Source: Macrostomum hystrix (taxonomy: Eukaryota; Animalia; Platyhelminthes). From it: a stretch of DNA of 64,000 bases. This document shows, piece after piece, positions 1-12,145 of the stretch. The position numbers and the translations under genes are program-made. Position 1 is the first letter of the stretch. Each line of letters begins with the position of its first letter. The notes below the pieces were generated by a model. That model had not been told where the DNA came from, did no database searches, and saw only the letters and a program-made list of their open reading frames with translations. Location: contig CATNEN010000002.1 in assembly GCA_950097015.1 (NCBI GenBank), positions 62,001 to 126,000 of the forward strand, written 5' to 3'.

Positions 1-515
1 CTCAGTGTCAAAAATTCTCAACTTCAACTCGCTACCTCAGAAAGCTGTGAAGCAGAAAAGTTGCAGAACTGCCGTAAGCAGGCCGATGCTGAGGCTCAGG
101 TGAGAATGAGTTTCAATCAGACAGCAGTCAAAAGCTGTGCTCAGGTTTTTGAGATGACTCTCTCGTAAGCTAGGTGTCTCACTTAAACTCTACTCTGTTG
201 CTTAGCAACAGTGAGAAGCCTGAGTCTGGTCGATATAGAGAACAGAATGAAATCCTTGAGTCGCTCTGCTCCGGCAGCTCAGTTTGTCGGCAAAAGACAG
301 TGAGAGTGAAATCTGTTTTTGTTTATTCTCGGTCGAACGCGAATTCAAAATGCTTCCTGCGGCTGCGTGCATTTCTCTGCGGCTGGGACAGAGAGGGCCG
401 GCTCTGAGCAGCATTAAGCACAGCTGAGCACCCACCTCTGCCTCCAACTGCTCACAATGGGAGCGTAGATTTGGTGAGTGTACTCAAATGTATTGTTTGT
501 GCACTTAGCTGTGCC
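1..515. repeat. Dispersed duplicated segment (copy A), paralogous to 22681-23200
   Basis: Position 1 onward aligns base-for-base with 22681 onward (ctcagtgtcaaaaattctcaacttcaactcgctacctcagaaagctg...), with scattered substitutions, fading around 515. Confidence 0.92.
197..209. promoter_or_regulatory. RFX X-box-like motif GTTGCTTAGCAAC
   Basis: Fits the GTNRCY-N-RGYAAC X-box pattern and is the positional homolog of the perfect X-box at 22877-22890. Confidence 0.4.
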
Positions 516-959
516 ATCTTGAGCCCAAAGTACGACATTGTGGCTCTGCTTGTCAGACACTTTCTGACAGATCCGAGCTGTTAGAGATGCGATCGACCTG
601 TTAGAGTAGGGAAAAACAACAGGCCAGCAGTTCAAGACGTTGGAAAAATCTCATATTTACTTTTTTGTCTGATATTAGCCTCATCAGCTCACCTACCATT
701 AGCCTCATCAGCTCACATTAGCTTCATGAGCTTACAGTAGCTTCAACGCCACCTGCAGGCCAGAGAAGGACTTAGGCAGTGCCCTAAGTGCCCTATTCTT
801 AGTCAATAACCTTTTTTATTCGCTTTTATGACTGTTTAACAAAATGTTTGTTGTTTAACAGCAATTTTGTTGGTAACAAAATTCTACCCGAGTACACCCG
901 AGTCCACCAGATACACTCAACGTTTTCTTTCTGACCCTTCAATGTTTCTTCCCCAACCA

Positions 960-1280
960 TGATCTCGTACCCAAATGTACATTCTATGCCTAAATATCTC
1001 GTCCACAAATGTACATTCTCCCCCAAAATGTCTCGTCCCTAAAAATATATTCAACCCCTCAAGATCTCCTCCCCAAATGTACATTCTACCCACAAATATC
1101 TCTTCCCCAAATGTACATTCTACCCCAAAAGATCTCTTCCCCAAATGTACATTCTACCCCAAAAGATCTCTTCCCCAAATGTACATTGTACCTATGAAGA
1201 TCTCATCCCCAATATGCATTCTACCCACAAATATCTCTTCCCCAAATGTACATTCTACCCCCAAAGATCTTTTCCCCAAG
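960..1280. repeat. Minisatellite, ~34-bp unit (ccccaaatgtacattctacccacaaatatctctt)
   Basis: The unit recurs at 1071, 1105, 1139 and onward; about 9 degenerate copies. Confidence 0.88.
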
Positions 1281-1804
1281 GTGCGGTTTAAGTATAAATC
1301 ATTATCATTTTGCAACACTCTAATTTCAACAACAAATGTTGTGAATCTGCATTCTATACATATAAGCATGTTTATTAGGCCACAGTCACGTACAGCAGGC
1401 AGCAGCAATTCCATTGATTTCCTCTTCATCAGTGGATTAGTGCACCGGGGGTTACAGGGCAAAGTCGGGAGATTCGGCCGAACGAGGTCGCCCTTGATTT
1501 CCCGACACCGAAGTGATTTATTATCCGACTCCCAACGCAACCACCAAAAATATTCGAGTCCCAATGCGAAGGAGACATGAGACCATTTCTTTTTCCCTGT
1601 GGTCACGTTCTCAACGGGAGTTCTCTTAGGGATAAAATAGAAACACAGAGAGATCAATACAAACACATCCCCAACAGCGCAATCTGAAGCTTGATTTGGG
1701 ATTTATTGCCCAAGCAATAAGGAGGCCGCGATTTCAGCCAGTTCAGTAAGAAGAATTTATTAGTCAGTTTTGGACTGGCACTGGACCCAAATAGTACGAT
1801 AAAT

Positions 1805-3735
1805 GTTCTACTCCCCCTGATCCTTCAGTGTTCTACTCCCCCTGATCCTTCAGTGTTCTACTCCCCCTGATCCTTCAGTGTTCTACTCCCCCTGATCCCT
1901 GATCCTTCAGTGTTCTACTCCCCCTGATATTTCAGTGTTCTACTCCCCCCTGATCCTTCAGTGTTCTACTCCCCCTGATCCTTCAGTGTTCTACTCCCCC
2001 TGATCCTTCAGTGTTCTACTCCCCCCTGATCCTTCAGTGTTCTACTTCCCCTGATCCTTCAGTGTTCTACTCCCCCTGATCCTTCAGTGTTCTACTTCCC
2101 CTGATCCTTCAGTGTTCTACTCCCCCCTGATCCTTCAGTGTTCTACTCCCCCTGATCCTTCAGTGTTCTACTCCCCCTGATCCTTCAGTGTTCTACTCCC
2201 CCCTGATCCTTCAGTGTTCTACTTCCCCTGATCCTTCAGTGTTCTACTCCCCCTGATCCTTCAGTTTTCTACTCCACCCTGATACTTCAGTGTTCTACTC
2301 CACCCTGATCCTTCAGTGTTCTACTCCCCCCTGATCCTTCAGTGTTCTACTCCCCCCTGATCCTTCAGTGTTCTACTCCCCCTGATCCTTCAGTGTTCTA
2401 CTCCCCCTGATCCTTCAGTGTTCTACTTCCCCTGATCCTTCAGTGTTCTACTCCCCCCTGATCCTTCAGTGTTCTACTCCCCCCTGATCCTTCAGTGTTC
2501 TACTCCCCCTGATCCTTCAGTGTTCTACTCCCCCCTGATCATTCAGTTTTCTACTCCCCCCTGATCATTCAGTTTTCTACTCCCCCCTGATCCTTCAGTT
2601 TTCTACTCCCCCCTGATACTTCAGTGTTCTACTCCACCCTGATCCTTCAGTGTTCTACTCCCCCGGATCCTTCAGTGTTCTACGCCCCCCTGATCCTTCA
2701 GTGTTCTACTCCCCCTGATCCTTCAGTGTTCTACTCCCCCCTGATCTTTCAGTGTTCTACTTCCCCCTGATCCCTGATCCTTCAGTGTTCTACTCCCCCT
2801 GATCCTTCAGTGTTCTACTCCCCCTGATCCTTCAGTGTTCTACTCCCCCCTGATCCTTCAGTGTTCTACTCCACCCTGATCCTTCAGTGTTCTACTCCCC
2901 CGGATCCTTCAGTGTTCTACGCCCCCCTGATCCTTCAGTGTTCTACTCCCCCTGATCCTTCAGTGTTCTACTCCCCCCTGATCCTTCAGTGTTCTACTCC
3001 CCCTGATCCTTCAGTTTTCTACTCCCCCCTGATACTTCAGTGTTCTACTCCACCCTGATCCTTCAGTGTTCTACTCCCCCGGATCCTTCAGTGTTCTACG
3101 CCCCCCTGATCCTTCAGTGTTCTACTCCCCCTGATCCTTCAGTGTTCTACTCCCCCCTGATCTTTCAGTGTTCTACTTCCCCCTGATCCCTGATCCTTCA
3201 GTGTTCTACTCCCCCCTGATCATTCAGTTTTCTACTCCCCCCTGATCCTTCAGTGTTCTACTCCCCCGGATCCCTCAGTGTTCTACTCCCCCTGATCCTT
3301 CAGTGTTCTACTCCCCCCTGATCCTTCAGTGTTCTACTCCCCCGGATCCCTCAGTGTTCTACTCCCCTTGGATCCTTCAGTGTTCTACTCCCCCGGATCC
3401 CTCAGTGTTCTACTCCCCCTGATCCTTCAGTGTTCTACTCCCCCTGATCCTTCAGTGTTCTACTCCACCCTGATACTTCAGTGTTCTACTCCCCCTGATC
3501 CTTCAGTGTTCTACTCCCCCGGATCCCTCAGTGTTCTACTCCCCCTGATCCTTCAGTGTTCTACTCCCCCCTGATCCTTCAGTGTTCTACTCCCCCGGAT
3601 CCCTCAGTGTTCTACTCCCCTTGGATCCTTCAGTGTTCTACTCCCCCGGATCCCTCAGTGTTCTACTCCCCCGGATCCTTCAGTGTTCTACTCCCCCTGA
3701 TCCTTCAGTGTTCTACTCCCCCTGATCCATCAATA
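1805..3735. repeat. Minisatellite, 25/26-bp unit (tgatccttcagtgttctactcccc[c]c)
   Basis: About 75 tandem copies that differ mainly in C-run length. The ORFs here are repeat translations. Confidence 0.97.
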
Positions 3736-4204
3736 TTCTATTGCCCCCTGATGCATGTCTCATCCTAGAAACTGTGTGCAATTTAAAGTATGACATGTCA
3801 TTATTAGTTTGTTTACAAAACGTGATAAATTTGTAATAAATCAATCCCACTGGCCACCTGAGTCCTGCTCAAGATTCTCAAGTGCAAAGACTCGGGCAAG
3901 AATCTGTCTTCCCGCGGATCAGCTAAGAATGTCTCTCGCTGAAACAGCAGCTGCAAAATTTGGGGATAATTACGCTTCTGAAATTTCCTTCCAGCTCTCC
4001 GGATTGCCACCTGGAGTAAGACGTAGCTTCAGAGATTCGTCGAACGTGCCGTCATCGACTTGTTTCAAGCCCTCCTGTCTGATCGTGATTTTGGTTGACT
4101 AGGCATCTGTAATTCAGCTTTTAAGCCGAACTCGAAAATATATTTTCCCAGTTGATTGAGGCAAAGTAGAACTATGTGAATCTGAATGAGGTCGAAAGTT
4201 GGAT

Positions 4205-4770
4205 GGATAATATTTATTTCTTCTCATTCTCAGAACTTACAAATTGTATTAACATTCTCAGAACTTACAAATTGTATTAACATTCTCAGAACTTACAAAT
4301 TGTATTATCATTCTCAGAACTTACAAATTGTATTAACATTCTCAGAACTTACAAATTGTATTAACATTCTCAGAACTTACAAATTGTATTATCATTCTCA
4401 GAACTTACAAATTGTATTATCATTCTCAGAACTTACAAATTGTATTAACATTCTCAGAACTTACAAATTGTATTATCATTCTCAGAACTTACAAATTGTA
4501 TTAACATTCTCAGAACTTACAAATTGTATTAACATTCTCAGAACTTACAAATTGTATTATCATTCTCAGAACTTACAAATTGTATTATCATTCTTAGAAC
4601 TTACAAATTGTATTAACATTCTCAGAACTTACAAATTGTATTATCATTCTCAGAACTTACAAATTGTATTAACATTCTCAGAACTTACAAATTGTATTAT
4701 CATTCTTAGAACTTACAAATTGTATTAACATTCTCAGAACTTACAAATTGTATTAACATTCTCAGAACTT
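4205..4770. repeat. Minisatellite, 28-bp unit (ttctcagaacttacaaattgtattaaca)
   Basis: About 20 near-identical copies; the 28-aa period in ORF 4186..4728 equals three units. Confidence 0.97.
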
Positions 4771-4817
4771 CTTATCCTACCAGACTTGACATTGACTTTT
4801 AAAAATACCATCCGACG

Positions 4818-4900
4818 AGATGTACATTGATAGTCTAGATTCTCGTCTCCTCAGATGTACATCGAAAGTCTAGATTCTCGTCTCCTCAGATGTACATCGA
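4818..4900. repeat. 35-bp tandem duplication (agatgtacatcgaaagtctagattctcgtctcctc), ~2.4 copies
   Basis: Direct repeat visible in the sequence. Confidence 0.85.
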
Positions 4901-4925
4901 GAGTTTTAATCTCCTCCCTCTAGAT

Positions 4926-5410
4926 GAGGGGTCGGCACACTTATGAGCAAGCGGGCCAAAGAGAGAAACTAAAATACGACAGCAGGCCGAATTGACTGTA
5001 AAAATATGATATAGGGGAGATATGAGACACGGGAGAGATGAGACACGGGAGAGATGAGACACGGGAGAGATGAGACAAGGGAGAGATGAGACAAAGGGAG
5101 AGGTGAGACACGGGAGAGATGAGACAAGGGGAGAGGTGAGACAAAAGAGAGATGAGACACGGGAGAGATGAGACAGGGGAGAGATGAGACACGGGAGAGA
5201 TGAGACAAGGGGGAGATGAGACAGGGGAGAGATGAGACACGGGAGAGATGAGACACGGGAGAGATGAGACAGGGGAGAGATGAGACACGGGAGAGATGAG
5301 ACACGAGAGAGATGAGACACGGGAGAGATGAGACACGGGAGAGATGAGACACGAGAGAGATGAGACACGGGAGAGATGAGACACGGGAGAGATAAGACAC
5401 AGGAGAGACA
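4926..5410 (+). mobile_element. hAT-type MITE, left part only, with internal 16-bp GGGAGAGATGAGACAC minisatellite
   Basis: Starts gaggggtcggcacact after ctctagat. The subterminal ~100 bp is homologous to the left arm of the intact copy at 41989; the right arm is not found. Confidence 0.8.
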
Positions 5411-5412
5411 GA

Positions 5413-5785
5413 GTGTCAGGTGAAGCATCAGGGTGTCAGGGGAGGCATCAGGGTGTCAGGGGAGGCATCAGGGTCTCAGGTAAGGCATCAGGGTGTCAGG
5501 GGAGGCATCAGGGTCTCAGCGGAGGCATCAGGGTGTCAGGGGAGGCATCAGGGTGTCAGGGGAGGCATCAGGGTGTCAGGGGAGGCATCAGGGTGTCAGG
5601 GGAGGCATCAAGGTCTCAGGGGAGGCATCAGGGTGTCAGGGGAGGCATCAGGGTCTCAGGGGAGGCATCAGGGTGTCAGGTGAGGCATCAGGGTCTCAGC
5701 GGAGGCATCAGGGTGTCAGGGGAGGCATCAGGGTGTCAGGGGAGGCATCAGGGTGTCAGGGGAGGCATCAGGGTGTCAGGTGAGG
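5413..5785. repeat. Minisatellite, 20-bp unit (ggcatcagggtgtcagggga)
   Basis: About 18 copies directly abutting the MITE minisatellite. Confidence 0.96.
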
Positions 5786-6499
5786 CAGTAGATGCAAAAT
5801 CTAATATTCGCTGAAGAAACTAAGAGCGGAGAGCCATATAACCGAGGATCGATAAGAAGGCCGGACACCCAAATGGCGAGTTAGTCTGAACGCAGCAGAG
5901 TAATGTTTAAGTGTCTAAAATATATTTATTAATGCTTTAGTTTTTCTGTACTTAAATTTTCTTCAAGACAAAAAACTAATTTCGGACGTCAAGCTGCCTA
6001 AAATGTGCTTATATATGAAGACATTTTCTTGATAATTTGATAAGGTCAGCCTGGCAAGGCGAGGTGCTTGTAGCGGGCTGTAAGCTGCTCATAGGTCTAA
6101 TTAAGGTTGAGTAATTTTATGTCCCCCGGATAAAATAGGACGATTTTCCCCAGTCTCTGCAGTTGCAGTGGTCCGTAAAAAGATGGAATTCAGTCCCTCT
6201 ATGGGATTAGCTGCTTCTTGCGTTTCCACGCCTGGTTGCTAGTCCTTGAGTAGTGCTCACCATAATGGCAGTAGTAGAGCTATTAACTAATACTATATTG
6301 TTGGACTTTGCAGGAAACCATTATTTAGATTAAAAAAACTGCGGTTATTATCATGTTACTTATCTAAAAGTACTTTACTTACTTTTTTGCTTGCGTAAAC
6401 AATCCTTATTTGATGCTGTCCTTTAATGGAAAGCATATCCGGTGAATCGTAAGAGGCGGTGTGTCATGTTATTATGACAGCCATGGAGTGGCGAATTTG

Positions 6500-7060
6500 G
6501 GTCTGGGATGGGGGTGGAGGGCAGTTAAATAACTGACTGGAGGATGGGGTGGCGGGGCAATAACTGAATGGAGGATGGGGTGGAGTGCAGTTAAATAACT
6601 GACTGGAGGATGGGGTGGCGGGCAGCTGTATAACTGACTGGAGGATAGGGTGGCGGGCAGCTGTATAACTGACTGGAGGATGGGGTAGCGGGCAGTTAAA
6701 AAACTGCCTGGAGGGTGGGGTTGCGGGCAGTTGAATAACTGACTAGAGAATGGGATGGCGGGGCAGTTGAATAACTGACTGGAGGATGGGGTGGCGGGCA
6801 GCTGTATAACTGACTGGAGGATGGGGTAGCGGGGCAGTTGAATAACTGACTGGAGGGTGGGATGGCGGGGCAGTTGAATAACTGACTGGAGAATGGGATG
6901 GCGGGGCAGTTGAATAACTGACTGGAGGGTGGGGTAGCGGGGCAGTTAAATAATTGACTGGAGGGTGGGATGGCGGGGCAGTTGAATAACTGACTGGAGG
7001 ATGGAGTGGCGGGGCAGTGGAATAACTGACTGGAGAATGGGGTGGCAGGCATTTTAATAA
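6500..7060. repeat. G-rich minisatellite, 35-36-bp unit (ataactgactggaggatggggtggcggggcagttga)
   Basis: About 15 copies; period read from ataactgact at 6771, 6806, 6842 and 6878. Confidence 0.95.
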
Positions 7061-7584
7061 CTGTATGATCAAGAGTTGAAATTTTTTATCATGCAGCAAA
7101 TCAAAGAATCGAAAAAATGTAATTAAATTCGTACAGAAATTATTCGTTTTCGACATGTAGTTATCTTGAAATAGCATATTTACGATTTCCGAATTAAAGA
7201 ACGACTAAAAGAATTGCAGATGTTAGGTAAAACTCAGGTTCATGCAAGGTGCAGAGCTCTGAGGTAAGCTAGCTGAAAAAGTGTGAGTTGTGGACTCAGT
7301 TGCTAAGGCTCGCTGACCTGAGGCCATCAAAGCGCCCGTGCGTGAACTCCTGTTAGGATTTTCTGGTTAAAAGTGAGATGGAGAGAAAACGAAAATGGAT
7401 TTCAACGGTTAACCGTCACTCACTTTGATACGCAAGCTCAGTTTCATTTGCGACTCACTGAGGCGAATGAGGACTAAATAGATGCCTTTTAGGGAAAGTG
7501 TGAGCAGCTGGCTTTTGCAACGCGAGCAACTGCTAAGCTTAAACTAAAATTTCTAGACACACTAGAGAATGTGTATTAAGCAGG

Positions 7585-9245
7585 AAAGGGAGATGGAGAG
7601 AGGGAGATAAGGAGAGAGAGATAAGGGGAGGGAGATAAGAAGAGGGAGATAAGGAGAGAGAGATAAGGAGAGGGAGATAAGGAGAGGGAGATAAAGAGAC
7701 GGAGATAAAGAGACGGAGATAAGGAGAGGTAGATAGGGAGAGGGAGATAGAGATAGAGAGATAAGGAGAGGGAGATAAGGGAAGGAAGATAAGGGAAGTG
7801 AGATAAGGGGAGGGAGATAAGGGGAGGGAGATAAGGAGAGGGAGATAAGGAGAGGGAGATAAAGGGAGGGAGACAAGGGGAGGGAGATAAGGAGATGGAG
7901 ATAAGGAGAGGGAGATAATGAGAGGGAGATAAAGGGAGGGAGATAAGGGGAGGGAGATAAGGAGAGGGAGATAAGGAGAGGGAGATAAGGAGAGGGAGAT
8001 AAGAGGAGGGAGATAAGAGGAGGGAGATAAGGAGAGGGAGATAAGGAGAGGGAGATAAAGATAGAGATATAAGGAGAGGGAGATAAGGGGAGGGAGATAA
8101 GAGGAGGGAGATAAGAGGAGGGAGATACGAGGAGGGAGATAAGGAGAGGGAGATAAAGAGACAGAGATAAAGAGAGGGAGATAGGGAGAGGGAGATAGAG
8201 ATAGAGATATAAGGAGAGGGAGATAAGGGAAGGGAGATAAGGGAAGGGAGATAAGGGGAGGGAGATAAGGGGAGGGAGATAAGGAGAGGGAGATAAGGAG
8301 AGGGAGATAAGGAGAGGGAGATAAGGAGAGGGAGATAAGGAGAGGGAGATAAGAGGAGGGAGATAAGAGGAGGGAGATAAGGAGAGGGAGATAAGGAGAG
8401 GGAGATAAGGAGAGGGAGATAAGGAGAGGGAGATAAAGATAGAGATATAAGGAGAGGGAGATAAGGGGAGGGAGATAAGAGGAGGGAGATAAGAGGAGGG
8501 AGATAAGGAGAGGGAGATAAAGAGACGGAGATAAGGAGAGGGAGATAGGGAGAGGGAGATAGAGATAGAGATATAAGGAGAGGGAGACAAGGGAAGGGAG
8601 ATAAGGGAAGGGAGATAAGGGGAGGGAGATAAGGGGAGGGAGATAAGGGGAGGAAGATAAGAGGAGGGAGATAAGGGAGGGGGATAAGGAGAGGGGGATA
8701 AGGAGAGGGAGATAAGGAGAGGGAGATAAGGAGAGGGAGATAAAGGGAGGGAGATAAGGGGAGGGAGATAAGGAGAGGGAGATAAGGAGAGGGAGATAAG
8801 GAGAGGGAGATAAAGAGACGGAGATAAGGAGAGGGAGATAGGGAGAGGGAGATAGAGATAGAGAGATAAGGAGAGGGAGATAAGGGAAGGGAGATAAGAG
8901 GAGGGAGATAAGGGGAGGGAGATAAGGAGAGGGAGATAAGGAGAGAGATAAGGAGAAGAAGATAAAGAGAGGGAGATAGGGAGAGGGAGATAGAGATAGA
9001 GAGATAGAGATAGAGAGATAAGGAGAGGGAGATAAGGAGAGGGAGATAAGGAGAGGGAGATAAGGAGAGGGAGATAAGGAGAGGGAGATAAAGGGAGGGA
9101 GATAAGGGGAGGGAGATAAGGAGAGGGAGATAAAGAGACGGAGATAAGGAGAGGGAGGTAGGGAGAGGGAGATAGTGAGAATGAGATAAGGAGAGAGAGA
9201 TGCTAAAAGGGAGATGGAAAGAGGGAGATGGAATTGGGTAGATAA
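7585..9245. repeat. Polypurine minisatellite, 14-bp unit (ggagagggagataa)
   Basis: More than 100 degenerate copies. The Leu/Ser/Pro ORFs are artefacts. Confidence 0.96.
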
Positions 9246-9718
9246 GGCGATGGATGGACAACAATGATTAAAACATGAACTACTTTGAAGTGGATTCAGA
9301 ACGCTTGTAAAAGTGGGAATGTACAATTAATAACATTGTGAATATATGACATTTTGATAAACAAGCAGTACTTAGGGTGTGTCTTCTTGAGCAGGTTCAG
9401 CAGTTGCTTACGCCAGCTGTCAATCAAATTGCATTTCCGCATAATCCCTTAATCTGTCTAGACGCATAAGCTCGATTTGAATTGCGGTCGAATTGGCATT
9501 CGGAAATGCTTGAGGAAGGAATTCGCAGCAGATGCACTTTTATCAGGGTCTCTGATTAGTGTTCAAGTGGTCAGCACTGGAGATTTATTTTCACAATCAG
9601 TTCCCACACCGGAAGTGCTATCAAGACGGCTATCAAACAAGGCCGCTACTTCCTGTCAACAAAATATCTAATCAAATTTTTGTGTGAGTCCACTTTAGGA
9701 ACTAAAAAAATAACATTG

Positions 9719-9853
9719 AGGAGGTTGGCCCTCAAGGACGTAAATCACACGACATGTCGCCATGCTTTCTCTACGCGGCTGGACTCGTGGTGGAATCGAA
9801 CTCAGGGACCTCGGCGCGAGACGCGAACGCGTTAACCGCTCTGCCACCGACCC
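9719..9853 (-). mobile_element. tRNA-derived SINE, head and part of body
   Basis: Minus strand reads gggtcggTGGCAGAGCGGttaacgcg...gaGTTCGATTCC (Pol III A and B boxes), followed by a body shared with the other copies. The cloverleaf stems are broken. Confidence 0.8.
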
Positions 9854-10289
9854 AAACGTTCTTAGAATTCAAGTAGAAGTTGGTCATTCGTGTGGGCTAC
9901 TCAAATTGGATAGTTCCCATTCGTCATTTATCCCCAGACCAGAACCGCCGCCATTGGTTGGCTGGGTAGATGCAGTTGCTAAGCAAACCAACCTGATAAA
10001 AGTTGCTCCCAGCGCTGCAAACAAAGATTTGGCTGCCACACAAAAATTCTCCCCCGCGTACTTCCGGCCCAGCAACAGAGCCGAGCCAAGCCGAGCAAAT
10101 CAAACGACAGATAACTGACGAGTTCGCCATTGTCAGTCGGCGTCGACAGGTAAGGCCAAGCAGACTTGTGGAATTAACGATGGATAGGGCAAAAACACTG
10201 GGCCAACATGCTGGGAGGAAAAGTTTTGGAAAGTACTTTAGGGAAAGGAGAATTAAGAGGGGATGGATTAGAAAGGAATAAAGAGAAGT

Positions 10290-10935
10290 GAGAGTAGGAA
10301 GATGTGAAATGAGTGGAAGAAATGAGAGAATAGGAGAGGGGAGAATAGGAGAGGGGAGAATGGGAGAGGGGAGAATGGGAGAGGGAAGAATGGGAGAGGG
10401 GAGAATGGGAGAGGGGAGAATGGGAGAGGGGAGAAAGGGAGAGGGGAGAATAGTAGAGCAGAGGATGGAAGAGGGGAGCATTGGAAAGGGGAGAATAGGA
10501 GAATGGAAAATGGGAGAGGGGAGAGCGGGAGAGGGGAGAATGGGAGAGGGAAGAATGGAAGAGGGGAGAATAGAAGAGGGGAGAATGGAAGTGGCGAGAA
10601 TGGGAGAGGGAAGAATGGGAGAGTGGAGAACGGGAGAGGGGAGAATGGGATGGGAGATGGGAGAATTGGAGAGGGAAGAATGGGAGAGGGAAGAATGGGA
10701 GAGGGGAAATGGGAGAGGGTAGAATTGGAAAGGGGAGAATGGAAGTGGCGAGAATGGGATGGGAGATAAAAGAATTGGAGAGGGGACAATGTGAGAAGGG
10801 AAAATTGGAAAGGGGAGAATGAAAGAGGAAGAATGAGAATGGGAGACGGAAGATATATGATGGGATAAAATTGGAAGATAGGAGGAGATGATGATTTGGA
10901 AAAAGAGGAGAGAAGAGAGGATAGAATGGTTATAA
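10290..10935. repeat. Polypurine minisatellite, 15-bp unit (ggagaggggagaatg)
   Basis: Degenerate tandem array; it explains the GEGRM-type ORFs. Confidence 0.93.
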
Positions 10936-11726
10936 ATGAGAGGTTAGTCAAAGGAGCAAATGATTATGCCGGTAGAAATTTTGCCTTGCCGGAAGCAAGA
11001 CCCAGTAATAGTAGAGCTTGTTGCTCTGTTTCAAAGAAGATTATAGGCTTAGTAGGCCTGGCAATATCGAAACAAAAACATCAACAGCATTTTTTCGCCC
11101 GAATTTCATTCTGAATCAAGATTAAAAGATAAAGAAAAGACACGAACATTCATCATTGTTCATTAAATAATATTATTCTATAGTTTCGTGTCCTCCATTT
11201 TGGGTCAACAGCCTTCTGTGTGCCTGTTCTGTGTGCCTGTATGCCTGTCTGTCTGTTCTAATCATTAAATAATTATTACGAACTAAGAACCGAAAATACG
11301 GATAGAATTATATTTTAATGCAATCTAAAATAGGAAAAGCAATGTAATATTCGCTCCGCTATTTCTTAATATTTAATGCCAGAATTATTCGTATTTCTTA
11401 GAAACATCATTCATGATCGATCAGATTCGATCAGTTCAATACTGCGTCCGCAATTTTCTCACGCAGTGAATTTGTCTCTACCTAATTTAGTAACTATCAG
11501 GCCGTGTCTCACTCCCGACTCCGGTGAATCAAATGTTCTCTCACGATACGTGCTCACGATCCGATAAAGATAACAAAATAGAAACAAAAGTATACATATC
11601 GACTGAGCAGGAATTTGTTAGAAAGAAAGCCAAATTTTTGCCAGCAAAGTTTACTGCTGATTCGATCGTATTTTCCAAGCGAAAGAAGAAAATAGGACAA
11701 CAGATATGGAGAGGGGACAGGAGATA

Positions 11727-11756
11727 GGTAGGTAGGTAGGTAGGTAGGTAGGTAGG
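11727..11756. repeat. (GGTA)n microsatellite
   Basis: About 7 tandem copies immediately 5' of a SINE. Confidence 0.9.
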
Positions 11757-11767
11757 GGGTTAGTCAG

Positions 11768-12120
11768 GTGGGTGGTGAATGGCAGAGAACGGTCTAACGC
11801 GTTTGCAGCAAGGTCCCTGAGCTCGATTCCGCGGCGAGGCCACATTTTATTTGTGGTGCAGCCGGCGGAGAGAAGGCTTGGGGGCTTGTCATGCAGCTAC
11901 GCCCTTGAGTGCCAACCACCAAGTGACCTGTTCAGCGAGTGCCTGCGTACAGTCTCCAAGTTCGTGTGTGCTCAGGAGTCAGCGAACTGGGGCAGAATGC
12001 ATAGTGTCACCAAATTATGTGCCAGCAGCCCTCTTACAGTTATTATTATCATTATTTTATTATTATTATTATGGTTCAGGCGTACAATTCTATCTATCTA
12101 GCTGTTACCGCTACCATTAC
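11768..12120 (+). mobile_element. tRNA-derived SINE with (TTA)-rich tail
   Basis: Contains tggcagagaacgg...gctcgattccgcggcgagg, the body ggagagaaggcttgggggcttgtc...tgctcaggagtcagcgaa...gtcaccaaat, then a ttattatt/agctgttac tail as in the copy at 53161. Confidence 0.82.
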
Positions 12121-12145
12121 TGCTCTCTGGCAGACCATAGAATCA

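Noticed and set aside
1154-1666. 170-aa minus-strand ORF and the overlapping 201-aa plus ORF
   Set aside because: Half is minisatellite; the unique part has no motif I can recognise.
1805-3735. CRISPR-like appearance of regular repeats (also 32608-33370)
   Set aside because: The units are contiguous without unique spacers, there are no cas genes, and the context is eukaryotic.
3809-4102. Possible exon (minus frame ..GLKQVDDGTFDESLKLRLTPGGNPESWKEISEA)
   Set aside because: No recognisable family and no confident splice partners.
9780-9853. tRNA gene (also 11775, 13880, 36680)
   Set aside because: A and B boxes are present, but the acceptor and T stems do not pair and each copy continues into a shared SINE body.
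12017-12145. N-terminal 43 aa of the 566-aa GPCR ORF
   Set aside because: It derives from the SINE tail and lies upstream of a splice acceptor, so it is treated as non-coding.
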